A DNA stretch of 64,000 bases from an uncultured Verrucomicrobiae bacterium (GTDB taxonomy: Bacteria > Verrucomicrobiota > Verrucomicrobiia > Chthoniobacterales > Terrimicrobiaceae). The notes beneath the pieces were generated by a model, which was not told the origin of the DNA, did not search any database, and saw only the letters and a program-made list of their open reading frames with translations. Where the stretch lies: the NCBI GenBank assembly GCA_963706955.1, contig CAVPOC010000008.1, positions 448,001 through 512,000 of the forward strand. The letters run 5' to 3'. Positions 31,363 through 40,611 of the stretch are shown here, one piece after another; positions within the stretch are counted from its first letter, which is position 1; the number at the start of each line of letters is the position of its first letter. The translations under genes were made by a program, and so were the position numbers.

Positions 31363-31399
31363 ACCCATTGACGTGCGCTAAGCGCGACCTTTTCTCCTT

Positions 31400-32317
31400 A
31401 TGAACACCGAATTCTACACTTTTGGCGAAATCCTATGGGACTGTCTACCCTCCGGGCGGCATGCTGGCGGAGCGCCGTTTAACGTCGCCGCTCATCTCGT
31501 GCAACTTGGTGTCTCCGCGTCGCTGATCTCAGCGATCGGCCAAGATCCGCTTGGCGACGAGATTTTGAAAGTGGCCGAAGACAAGGGAGTCAACACGCAG
31601 TTTGTGACCCGTGCGCGCATCGGTCTTCCCACCGGAACTGTGCTCGTAACGGTGGATGCCAACGGGAATGCGTCCTACGAACTCGTTCAACCGGTGGCGT
31701 GGGACGAAATTAGAGTTCTTCCAGAAGCCTTGGAAGCTGTTGCGCAGGCCCGCGCGCTTATCTTCGGCTCACTCGCGGGCCGGTCACCATACAACCTCGA
31801 TCAGTTAAATCGCCTGCTGGAAATCGAAGGCCCCATGAAGTTCTTCGACGTCAATCTGCGTCCTCCCTTTGCCAATCCGGAGTTAGTCATGGACATCGCG
31901 AAGCGAGCCGATGTTATCAAACTCAACGATGACGAAGTTGGTAAACTCGATTCCTGGCTGAAGACCGGCACAGCGACTCTCAATACGCCTCGAAGTCCAG
32001 ACGCCCTTGCCGAAGCTTGTGCAGCGTTGGCGAAGGCAACCAATACCTCGCGTATCTGCGTCACGAGAGCCGCCGAGGGCGCGGCGCTCTGGGAGAGTGG
32101 CAATCTCCTGTCCGCCCCGGCTCCTAAAGTAGCCGTCAAAGACACGGTGGGCGCGGGCGACTCATTCATGGCTGGCCTCATGGTCGGACTAACCCGTGGA
32201 ACCAACACTCAAAAAGTTCTGGAAACTGCTTGCCGTGTGGGCGCCTTCGTTGCCTCGCACGATGGGGCGACGCCCTTGCTACCGCAGGAGATCATTCAGG
32301 AATTCAAGAGCGCATAG
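31400..32317 (+). CDS. PfkB-family carbohydrate kinase (paralogue of 1514-2419)
   Basis: FGEILWDCLP..GGAPFNVA, DVNLRPPF and DTVGAGDSF. Confidence 0.92.
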   Translation: MNTEFYTFGEILWDCLPSGRHAGGAPFNVAAHLVQLGVSASLISAIGQDPLGDEILKVAEDKGVNTQFVTRARIGLPTGTVLVTVDANGNASYELVQPVAWDEIRVLPEALEAVAQARALIFGSLAGRSPYNLDQLNRLLEIEGPMKFFDVNLRPPFANPELVMDIAKRADVIKLNDDEVGKLDSWLKTGTATLNTPRSPDALAEACAALAKATNTSRICVTRAAEGAALWESGNLLSAPAPKVAVKDTVGAGDSFMAGLMVGLTRGTNTQKVLETACRVGAFVASHDGATPLLPQEIIQEFKSA

Positions 32318-32801
32318 ACGTAGGTCGTCGCAGGCTCTGTAGCTTTAAGTTCTGCCCGTCGTGACTTAACCTTTTCAAGAAGGCCATCCGGACGTTGGCT
32401 AGCTTCACGCGGCCGAAATGCCTGATGGCAACAAGTATTTCTCCTGTCAAGTTTGGTCGAGATTCATAAAAATGCGCCAGTCAGCAGGTCGAAGGCCCTT
32501 TGGTTGCGCGGTGGCTTTGCGGACACGCAGCCAGCAGGGCGGCAACGCCTCCTACGACGCAGGCGTGAAAATTTTGAATCAGTTTTTCTGCAATTGCCTG
32601 ACCAGTTCCTTGAGCGGGACCTCGCGTCGCTGGGCTCGCAGATCATCGAATGCTATGACATTGCGACGGGAGGTGGTTCTCCTTCTGCCTCTCGTCGCTC
32701 GTAACACGGCCGCTTAAAGGGATCGCGCTTGGTCTGCGTGTTCAGTCTTTGCGTAGTTGCCACTAGGAATAAATTACTTATAGCGAGTATCTAATACCTA
32801 G

Positions 32802-32886
32802 TGCCGGCGGCGGGACTCGAACCCGCACGTCCCTCTCAGGACAAGGGATTTTAAGTCCCTTGCGTCTGCCATTTCGCCACGCCGGC
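32802..32886 (-). tRNA. tRNA-Leu(TAA)
   Basis: gccggcgtggcgaaatggcagacgcaagggacTTAAAatcccttgtcctgagagggacgtgcgggttcgagtcccgccgccggca: acceptor stem, anticodon TAA, long variable arm, TTCGA T-loop; CCA not encoded. Confidence 0.96.
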
Positions 32887-33179
32887 CTATCCTGATAGCA
32901 AAACCGTTATGAAAGCGCGCTCGGAGGAACGTTGCCTTTGTTCAACGAGATCTGCAAGGTCGCACTCGGCAAAGCAACGCTCGTAACGCTACCGGAAGCT
33001 TCGTGCGAATAGCAACTGCGACAGCACATGCCGTCTGCCCACTCACTGCGGGATTCCCGAATACGCGCGCGCATCGCGGATCGTGAACGGCAGCGGGAGC
33101 GGCACCACTTGGCGGCAGTGTCCGAGTCTCGTAGGCGTCAAGAACCCGCCGTCAGCCGATTGAGAGCATCCAAAGCAAA

Positions 33180-33608
33180 TCAGCGCCTAGCTGCCTGAAT
33201 AGTCTTTTGAGCTTGTCTGTAGCCGGCCAACATGATCACGACTCCGAGGAGGTTCAGGAAAGGAGGCGGCAGCAGGAGGATCCAGCCGAGCGTAGTTAGC
33301 GATGGGACGGCAACGATGTACGACGGGTCGGTAAATAAGTCGGAAAAGCGCACGCCAGCACTCACGGCAAGCCAAACGGGGTCGGTTCGCCAGCGCCAAA
33401 GCGTGATGGCGTGCGCGAGTGCAAACGCGGCCCACTGACCACCCGAGCGACGCAAGAGAGCAATTTCCAGGCCAGCCGGAGCAGCGATATGGAAGACCCG
33501 AAACCAGATGTCGGGCGCGATCCAAGCCATCACGAAAAGGACGGTATCTTCGACCAAGGCTACCCAGAGATAAGTGAGGATCAGGAGTTTGAGACGTCGC
33601 TCAATCAT
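33180..33608 (-). CDS. Hypothetical membrane protein (about 4 TM helices)
   Basis: Hydrophobic ORF starting MIERRLKLLILTYLW. Confidence 0.65.
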   Translation of the reverse strand: MIERRLKLLILTYLWVALVEDTVLFVMAWIAPDIWFRVFHIAAPAGLEIALLRRSGGQWAAFALAHAITLWRWRTDPVWLAVSAGVRFSDLFTDPSYIVAVPSLTTLGWILLLPPPFLNLLGVVIMLAGYRQAQKTIQAARR

Positions 33609-33855
33609 GAACAAATTTACTAACCGATAACGCGCAACAGACCCAACAAGAACGTGAAATTCGGGCTCGCGTTCGGCATTAGGCGCGCGGAATTGGGGAG
33701 CCCATTCAAAAGCGATTAAAGTGTCGATTCGGTAGCCTTGTGGTGGAGCGAAGGGCAGCCACCGTCTCGAGAAAGCGTTACTCAATTCTCTGCAAGCTAG
33801 ATCAGTCAACCAAGTAGTTTGTCTGCAATAGCTGATCTTTAGGAATGTTGTTGTC

Positions 33856-33893
33856 TTTTAAGTCCCTTGCGTCTGCCATTCCGGCACGCCGGC
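33856..33893 (-). repeat. 5'-half copy of tRNA-Leu ending in the anticodon loop
   Basis: gccggcgtgccggaatggcagacgcaagggacttaaaa, with 2 mismatches to the intact gene. Confidence 0.88.
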
Positions 33894-33910
33894 TGGTGGG
33901 GACAAGCTCC

Positions 33911-33939
33911 ATTTAAGGACCGATTTTGGCGTTTTGCAA
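33911..33939 (-). promoter_or_regulatory. Sigma70-like promoter upstream of the tRNA 5'-half
   Basis: TTGCAA-N17-TTAAAT on the minus strand. Confidence 0.5.
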
Positions 33940-34042
33940 CGCTCACGCACGAGACCGAGCGCCGGCTCGAACTGGCGAGTCGTTTTTGCACCCTGCCGGC
34001 AGTTTTCCCCAAAAGAAGGTATTCGCTCACGCATCACGTCGC

Positions 34043-35086
34043 TCAGTGCTCATGGCGATGATGGATGTCGGGGTAGTGCGGGTGGGCATGTTTCAGTCGC
34101 GCATGTCGATGTCGATGCGCATGGGGTTCGCCCGGCGGATCAGACGAAGAGTGCTCGTGCCGGTGGTGCTCATCGTGGTAGTGTAGATGTTCGTGTTCCA
34201 GCGGTTCATGAATATGCAGGTGTTCGTGTCGCTCGGTGACGTGCAACCAGACACCGATTGACATGAGAATGCCGGCGGCGATGAACGCCCAGTCGAGTTG
34301 GCCTTGTCCCATGGCGAAGGCGAGCGCAGTTCCGACAAACGGAGCGGTGGAAAAATAGGCTGCCGTGCGAGCGGTGCCAAGATGACGGAGCGCCCGAACG
34401 AAAAGGACGAGGCTCACACCGTAACCAAGGAGCCCGATAGCTGCCACGGCAAGAATAGTATTCAGGGGAGGCAGTTTCGCGCCAATGGTGAGTGCAAGCC
34501 CGATATTTACGGCGCCCGCGACGAGGCCCTTCCACATGGCGATTTGCGATGGATCACTGCCGGAGATCTTACGCGTGAGATTGTTATCAACGCCCCAACA
34601 AAAGCAGGCGGCGGCGATCAGAAGCGCGCCGCTGGAGAGAGCAAGCTCACCTGTCCGAGGTAGCGAAAGAAAAACAGCCCCCAAAGTGATGAGCGCGAAC
34701 CCCGCACCCACGCGTCGGTCCACGTTTTCACGAAATGCTATCCATGCGATTGCCGCGGTCGCGACTGCCTCCAGATTGAGAAGGAGGGATGCGGCGCTTG
34801 CCGAAGTATTCATTAGCCCCAGCATGAAGAGTGCCGGCCCAACCACACCCCCGGCAAGGATGGCCCCTGCGAGCCACGGAAAGTCTGCCCGCGAAAGCGG
34901 AGTCTCTGTCGTTTGCCTAAAGCGAATCGCTCGCACAGCGAAGAGGCCGATTCCTGAACTAAGATAAAGCAGACCCGCGACGAGCAGCGGGCTTGCAGAA
35001 GAAAGAGCAAGTTTTGCCAAAGGAGTGCTCGCACCAAAGAGGACCGCTGCGCCAAGTGCGAGCAGGATGCCGGGCTCTCGTTTCAT
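34043..35086 (-). CDS. DMT/EamA-family transporter with a His-rich C-terminal tail
   Basis: About 10 TM helices; DNNLTRKIS and LGTARTAAYFSTAPF; tail HEHLHIHEPLEHEHLHYHDEHH...HYPDIHHRHEH. Confidence 0.9.
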   Translation of the reverse strand: MKREPGILLALGAAVLFGASTPLAKLALSSASPLLVAGLLYLSSGIGLFAVRAIRFRQTTETPLSRADFPWLAGAILAGGVVGPALFMLGLMNTSASAASLLLNLEAVATAAIAWIAFRENVDRRVGAGFALITLGAVFLSLPRTGELALSSGALLIAAACFCWGVDNNLTRKISGSDPSQIAMWKGLVAGAVNIGLALTIGAKLPPLNTILAVAAIGLLGYGVSLVLFVRALRHLGTARTAAYFSTAPFVGTALAFAMGQGQLDWAFIAAGILMSIGVWLHVTERHEHLHIHEPLEHEHLHYHDEHHRHEHSSSDPPGEPHAHRHRHARLKHAHPHYPDIHHRHEH

Positions 35087-35170
35087 ACGTCCTTCAAATC
35101 CGAAGATCACCTCGTCCGCGGGTTTGTCGATGTCACAGATACGCAGGGCAAGTTCTCCGCAGATGCAGCT

Positions 35171-36340
35171 CTATTTGGGAGGTTCATTTGAGCCAATGTC
35201 GAATGACCACCGAGCTTCGGTCTTCCTTCCATTGACGGTGGCACTCACGATCACTGTGACTTGGCGAGCGTAAGTCTTCTGCGTCATCTTGTAGGATACG
35301 AGCTTAGTCTCGGGATCATAGGTTGCCGGCACTAAGCCTAGCCCGCTGATTCGCATGGTGACACTCTTGGGGTCAAGACTGCCAAACGTCGCAAGATTGG
35401 CTTTAATTTCCGGAGGCTCATTCACGGTCTCGCCATCCTTTGGCTGCGTAATCATCGTGACAGCAGCAGGTAAGACCTCACCATCGCTACCTTCGACGGC
35501 TCCCGTGAAATTCAACGCCTCTGCGAAAACTTTCGGTTTTGTCGACTCAATACCATAACGTCCCAGCGTCATCGGATCGGCCCCGAAGGCGATCCTCCGG
35601 CCCCACACGGTAAATGCTGCCTCGTAGCCGGCCTGTTTGACGACATCACGGACGCTCTGATTATGGAGTCCATATGGATATGCGAATGCCTTCACTTGAA
35701 TGCCTAGATTTCGCTCGAGGATTTCCTTTGAGCCTGCGATCTCGGCTTTCAGCCAGGCGAGATACTGCTCGTCGCTCTTTCCCTTTCTAGCGTTCAGCGC
35801 ACTGTGGGAAACGGTGTGGCTTTCAATGTCCACGCCCGCGTCGCGCATCTCGGCGAGCTGATCCCAACCGATGGATTGTCCTCCGGATTTCGGTCCTCCC
35901 TTTATGTAGTTGGTGTAAATGAACATCGTAAAGGGATAGCCAAATTTCTTCAGAATCGGCCACGCCACCTTGTATCCTGAAAGGTATCCGTCATCGATGC
36001 TAATGATGGCAGCCTTTTCCGGGATGCTTCTTTCTCCTCGTCTCCAGGCCAAAAAGTCCTCCATAGAAATCACGGTGATCCCCTTATCTTTAAGCGCCTG
36101 CATTTGGATCTCAAAATCGACAGGCTTGATCGCAAGGCTGTCCTTCGGCCGGTCCTCAAATCGGTGATAACAAAGCACGATGACTTGTGATTTTAGATCG
36201 ATAGGTTCCGGAACGGGCGCCGCAGACTGAGCAGGAGTAGCTTTGGCCACGTCCTGGGCGGGAACCTGCACGGGCCGGGGATTCTTCCTGCAGCCGGCGA
36301 CAGCGAGAAAAAATACCCAGATAACGGCAAGTACACGCAT
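35171..36340 (-). CDS. Polysaccharide deacetylase lipoprotein
   Basis: Lipobox VAGC; VLCYH, SIDDG, ESHTVSH and FAYPYG NodB motifs. Confidence 0.9.
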   Translation of the reverse strand: MRVLAVIWVFFLAVAGCRKNPRPVQVPAQDVAKATPAQSAAPVPEPIDLKSQVIVLCYHRFEDRPKDSLAIKPVDFEIQMQALKDKGITVISMEDFLAWRRGERSIPEKAAIISIDDGYLSGYKVAWPILKKFGYPFTMFIYTNYIKGGPKSGGQSIGWDQLAEMRDAGVDIESHTVSHSALNARKGKSDEQYLAWLKAEIAGSKEILERNLGIQVKAFAYPYGLHNQSVRDVVKQAGYEAAFTVWGRRIAFGADPMTLGRYGIESTKPKVFAEALNFTGAVEGSDGEVLPAAVTMITQPKDGETVNEPPEIKANLATFGSLDPKSVTMRISGLGLVPATYDPETKLVSYKMTQKTYARQVTVIVSATVNGRKTEARWSFDIGSNEPPK

Positions 36341-36755
36341 GGATCTTCTCGCCAGCCATCCGCAACCCCGTTTGTCGCGATGGCGTCGTTTGAAAAGCGG
36401 TAAAAACGATACCCTACCGTCTCGCAGGAATTCGGAGTCGTTCGAGCACACACGAGAGGCAACGCCGGTCTTGATGGGCCGCAGGACGCTTCCGGATGAC
36501 AAGGTTGTAAATGCCCTCTCCATCGCCCGCTATGATGTTAACTACCATTCTAATCTGGGCACTGCTCTTTTAAACTCCTCTCTTTTCCAATTGATTTCAG
36601 AGTGCGCCCGTGCTCGTTCGATCGGGTTACGCGAGTCGCGAAACGATCGACTCCGGTTTCAAAAGCCACAATATCTGTTACGCTATTCGCTGACACGTGA
36701 CACGCGGTAATTATAAAATGCTATTTAGAAGCGACTTGAGTTATTACTATAATGT

Positions 36756-36794
36756 ATTTTAAGTCCCTTGCGTCTGCCATTTCGCCACGCCGGC
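36756..36794 (-). repeat. Second 5'-half copy of tRNA-Leu
   Basis: attttaagtcccttgcgtctgccatttcgccacgccggc is identical to 32848-32886. Confidence 0.92.
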
Positions 36795-36930
36795 TTTCTT
36801 CGATCGACCAGTTATAGATCGTGGACGTAGAGAACCCTGCCCTTGTTCCAAATGATGTGCAAGGTCGGAAGGTTCGCCGCAATCCGGTTGGAAAATCAGC
36901 AGCTCTCGTGATGGCACTAAGCTGAAGGCT

Positions 36931-37163
36931 GGGTGCAAATTCATTCCCATATATCCCGCAAGCGTTCTCGGCATCCCCTTCCTCAAGCTCTTGCATTCCG
37001 ATCTTCTCAAAGTCCGGCTCTCGTCCGCGGCGCTCGGGCAGTTAAGCTTCGCCGCTAGCCATCCGTAAGACGCCCTGTTCCGTTTCCCTGGGTAGGGTCC
37101 CAAGTGTCTGCCAGCTTTCGCGCACCTCGGCCTAGGCGACCCCTCCAGCTCCTTTATTCCCAA
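36931..37163 (-). pseudogene. Probable 3' remnant of a Y1/HUH (RAYT-like) transposase with a C-terminal HTH
   Basis: ASYGWLAAKLNCPSAADESRTLRR resembles the C-terminal WIAxxLxMxSxxNVS pattern I recall for this family; 36931-37053 is repeated at 39250-39372. Confidence 0.45.
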
Positions 37164-37250
37164 CGCGCCGGCTTTCGTCTCACATGCCTAGTATGCCGCC
37201 GCATACTCCAATCTTAAACTCCTCGCCTTGCCACCATCTAGCGCTCACAC

Positions 37251-37289
37251 CTGACCCCTTGTGAGCCGTTTTGCACACTGACCCCAGTT
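37251..37289. repeat. CTGACCCC motifs; 19-bp inverted repeat with 39239-39257
   Basis: ttgcacactgaccccagtt versus reverse complement ttgcaccctgaccccagtt (18/19); an additional ctgacccc at 37251. Confidence 0.75.
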
Positions 37290-37444
37290 TGCTCGGTACC
37301 CTCGGAAGCGGCCCTCACATCCAGAACTGCCACCATTTCTTGTTTAACTTGCGCTGCCGATCGGCTTCCGTTGTCCGCTGGCCGGTGCGGAGTTCTGAAG
37401 TGGTCGGGTCTTCGGGCGAACAGGACGGACTCGATCCGCTTGCC

Positions 37445-38479
37445 TCAGCCGAGGCGAACCCCTTCGATCACTCCCACAACGGAGTCGGTCGAACCATCCA
37501 TCGCCCAAAAGGCCGACCGGCGGACATCTAGCTCCACCGAGGTTCTGGCTGCGAATGCTCCCTCGATCAGCGCCACTTTGGCTAGATCCTCGGCCGGGGC
37601 CTGGTGCAGGGGGATGGCGTAGGTGGCGCCACCGGTCTCGACGACGAAGATGGGAAAGCCGCGCCGGCGTTGGATGCCAATCCGATCGGGGGCAGCCGAG
37701 GGGACCAACCGGGTCCCGTATGCCTCGTCGATGACAGTGATCTTGGCGGGGCCTTCCTTGCGGAGCAGGTGGGTGGTTTCGTCTTCCTCAATGCGCCACA
37801 CCATCCCGGTCGCCAGGACCGTGATCGTGGGGTTTACAAAGCTGGGAATCCCGACCGAGTCGTAGGCGGTTTGGAGTGAGGCGGACCAGGTTACGGCGTC
37901 GAGGTCACCGCTGACGGAGGGATCAATGCCGCCGAGGACAGCATAGTCCAGCTCGAGTTCCACCTCCCACCGGTAGAGCAAACGGGTCGGGTCGATGGGG
38001 ACTGCTTGCCGGGTGAGGTCTCCGCTTGAGGGAGAGGTGACCCAATGCCAAAGCTCGAAATGAAGGTGGTCCCCGGCGTCATGATGATCAACCGAGGCAA
38101 TCGGCTCGCCCGTCAACACCCGGTCGCCGACATTCTTGGGGCCGGGGACGATGTGGATGTACTGGGTGGCGAAGGCAGCGCCGTCGTCGTGGTGGGTGAT
38201 GGTGAGCTGGGCCGAGCTCTTGTCGACGATGATGCCCGCGTAGGCGGCAAAGACGCAGTTGCCTTCACCAGATGCCAGATCGAACGCCTCGTGGATGCGG
38301 TGCAAGCCCGGTACGCCATCGGGTTCTATCGAGGCGAAATGATCGCTGGAGCAGGTCGCGGAGGGTGAGCCCTGCAACCGGGCCATACCCCACCGCCCAC
38401 CGGGGGCCCGGAGGCGCAGCGGGTAGTCGAGCGGTGGGGACAGCATGAACCCGCTGGTCACAGTCGCTTGGTGTGTCAT
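37445..38479 (-). CDS. M23-family metallopeptidase with an unrecognised C-terminal region
   Basis: HEAFD (HxxxD), VFAAYAG, TQYIH and DHLHFE (HxH). Confidence 0.8.
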   Translation of the reverse strand: MTHQATVTSGFMLSPPLDYPLRLRAPGGRWGMARLQGSPSATCSSDHFASIEPDGVPGLHRIHEAFDLASGEGNCVFAAYAGIIVDKSSAQLTITHHDDGAAFATQYIHIVPGPKNVGDRVLTGEPIASVDHHDAGDHLHFELWHWVTSPSSGDLTRQAVPIDPTRLLYRWEVELELDYAVLGGIDPSVSGDLDAVTWSASLQTAYDSVGIPSFVNPTITVLATGMVWRIEEDETTHLLRKEGPAKITVIDEAYGTRLVPSAAPDRIGIQRRRGFPIFVVETGGATYAIPLHQAPAEDLAKVALIEGAFAARTSVELDVRRSAFWAMDGSTDSVVGVIEGVRLG

Positions 38480-38669
38480 ATCGGCGATTTTGAATAACGC
38501 CCCGGAAAGGTTCAATCGAGATTATCGACGCTTGGCTTGAAGAGTGGCGAAGAATGATCCCTCCAAACCAACGGAGCGCTCCATTATCGCAGATATCACC
38601 GCCCTGCTACCAGGGTTGTCGGAGGATGGAACGCGCAGGGTTCAGGCCGAGGTCAATATTGCACTAGCA

Positions 38670-38693
38670 GGGAAACAACACTGGGGGTCAGGG
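38670..38693. repeat. GGGGTCAG motif copy
   Basis: gggaaacaacactgggggtcaggg versus ggggaacaactggggtcaggg at 39232-39252. Confidence 0.65.
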
Positions 38694-38796
38694 CAGTTTG
38701 TTAGAGATGAACATATCTTAGGCATTCACTCTCCATCACACCGACCGGCCGACGCTGCTCGAAGTTCACTCTTGACGAATCGGGGACATTACACGG

Positions 38797-39195
38797 ATGC
38801 TGTGTTCGCACAGGCGGAGACGACCCTTGAGAAGTTACACGGTGCTCGCGATTCTCATGAGCGCATTGCTCGTTGCATGTGCCGGGCGGCCCCACGACTC
38901 GGGCGTAGGGTTCGTTCTCAAATCAACAGATTTTGCCGATCCGTGTACGGAGGACCCAGGGAACTACCCCGCGATCTATGACAATGATAGCTCGAATCGC
39001 GTCGACGTCAGCTTCAAGATCGTCAACACGGGCGGCTCCAATGTCTTCGTTGTGGACACTGGGTTCGTAATCCCACCGGTCGGGCCGACCCAACGGCCTC
39101 GCATTATCCGTATGACCGTCGCTCCGGGAGATAAAATTAAGCTACGCGGCCAGGGGGCTAACTGCGCCTGGACTGTCATCGTCTGGCCGCATTGA
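38797..39195 (+). CDS. Small beta-rich lipoprotein, hypothetical
   Basis: Basic N-terminus, hydrophobic stretch and lipobox LVAC. Confidence 0.65.
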   Translation: MLCSHRRRRPLRSYTVLAILMSALLVACAGRPHDSGVGFVLKSTDFADPCTEDPGNYPAIYDNDSSNRVDVSFKIVNTGGSNVFVVDTGFVIPPVGPTQRPRIIRMTVAPGDKIKLRGQGANCAWTVIVWPH

Positions 39196-39249
39196 CCACA
39201 ACACACGCGGGCTAACCCGCATGTCTCGCAAGGGGAACAACTGGGGTCA

Positions 39250-39372
39250 GGGTGCAAGTTCACTCCAGTATATACAGCGAGCGTTCTCGGCAGCCTCTTC
39301 GTTAGTCTCTTTCATTCCGATCTTCTCAAAGTCCGGCTCTCGTCTGCGGCCCTTGGGTAGTTGAGCCTCGCC
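39250..39372 (-). repeat. 123-bp direct repeat of 36931-37053 (transposase 3'-end remnant)
   Basis: Colinear copies sharing a 32-nt identical core cattccgatcttctcaaagtccggctctcgtc. Confidence 0.88.
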
Positions 39373-39401
39373 TATCTACGCAATGTTTCGCTTTGCAGGC
39401 G

Positions 39402-39614
39402 CTAGTCTTTTGCCTGGCGCCCGATGAGCGTGCGACGAGCAGTATCCACGCGGAAATTGGAATGCATTTCGGCAAGCGTGTCAGCCTGCGTGTCCTTTGA
39501 GTCGATGTCTAAGGACAAGTGCTGCGCGATGAGTGGCACAATGCTTGCTTTCGGATCCACCTGAACGACGCTTAGGATGTCGCCATTTGCGTCGTAGTAA
39601 ACGGTTGCTTTCAC
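39402..39614 (-). CDS. Small hypothetical protein (70 aa)
   Basis: GTG start after an aggagg RBS; follows 39627-39986 closely. Confidence 0.65.
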   Translation of the reverse strand: MKATVYYDANGDILSVVQVDPKASIVPLIAQHLSLDIDSKDTQADTLAEMHSNFRVDTARRTLIGRQAKD

Positions 39615-39626
39615 TATTGCTACCTC

Positions 39627-39986
39627 CTACGGTAAATCGGTAAACATCGCATAGAGCACGTAAGTTGCCACGAAGCGAGCGCCGGGAGGCGGGTTTCCTG
39701 CGTCGTGGCACGTAATCGGAACAATGTGGCTAAGACTTGTGTCTGGTTCCTGAACGATGATGACCGGACTGATTTGCAAACCTGCTTTCGCTGTCGCGAC
39801 GCCCGGATCATCAGGATTGACTCTGACAACGAGCGGAATCGCTTGCCATTCCACGAGATACTTTGGCTCCGCTTTTTCGCTAAGATTAGGATTGAATGGT
39901 GAATGCACGTTGGTTATGTACCATCTGGTTGTCGATCCCGACTTGATGGTAGCTACAAATTGCTTAACAACCGTTGTGGCCATCAC
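39627..39986 (-). CDS. Hypothetical protein (119 aa)
   Basis: aaggagg RBS upstream; beta-rich sequence. Confidence 0.7.
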   Translation of the reverse strand: MMATTVVKQFVATIKSGSTTRWYITNVHSPFNPNLSEKAEPKYLVEWQAIPLVVRVNPDDPGVATAKAGLQISPVIIVQEPDTSLSHIVPITCHDAGNPPPGARFVATYVLYAMFTDLP

Positions 39987-40263
39987 GAGCTCCTCCTTAA
40001 GGCATAGGTTCGGTCACGCTTAAATCGACAAATGATGCGTGCTGTGCACCCAAAGGTGACTAATCGAAATCGTGTTCGGGTGTCGCGAATGCCCTTGAGA
40101 ATCAGCGTTCGCATACGGCAAACCTAACGGAACGAGATGTGCGTGTCAATCTTAGGCGGGCTAAAGCGTTGCTGGGCCGTTCTGATGTTACGCCGAGCAG
40201 CCGCCGAATCGCGAATCGCCCAATGCCGGCCTCGGAAGCGCGCTGGCGAGCGGGAATTTTTAT

Positions 40264-40611
40264 GTGCACTATCGCCCGGGAGAATTTGTCAAGGCTCCTG
40301 AAGGGACCAAGTTCTTTGTTTTCGAATCATTGGAGTATGCCGACGAGTTCGTGGGAAAGAACATTCGTCTGCAAATCTGGAAGGCTACCGCAAAAGGGTT
40401 GGACGTCCCGCCGAGGAGAATTCGCGGCCCGACCCATTCAATCGACATTCTCGACTTCTGGCGGACCAACAATCGCGGGAAATCCTACGGTCTATTCGCC
40501 GGTTATCGGAAGCCGCGAGGCACCTTGTGGGCTGATGAGCTTCGGCTCGACGAGCGCATCGTGTCTTACCGTTCTGTCGAAATGCCAGCCGAGATGTCCA
40601 CGACCTTGTAG
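40264..40611 (+). CDS. Hypothetical protein, probably 5'-truncated
   Basis: Protein-like composition; no clear start or RBS. Confidence 0.4.
   Translation: MHYRPGEFVKAPEGTKFFVFESLEYADEFVGKNIRLQIWKATAKGLDVPPRRIRGPTHSIDILDFWRTNNRGKSYGLFAGYRKPRGTLWADELRLDERIVSYRSVEMPAEMSTTL

Larger units (their letters stand above)
24732..32800. mobile_element. Putative degenerate genomic island at the tRNA-Leu 3' end
   Basis: Bounded by the tRNA gene and its 3' duplicate; no intact integrase inside. Confidence 0.6.

Noticed and set aside
32400..32760. Integrase remnant next to the tRNA
   Set aside because: The position fits, but no tyrosine or serine recombinase motif is recognisable in any frame
37160..37180. 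A third tRNA 5' fragment (cgccggctttc)
   Set aside because: Only about 11 nt match the 36788-36798 junction; could be chance
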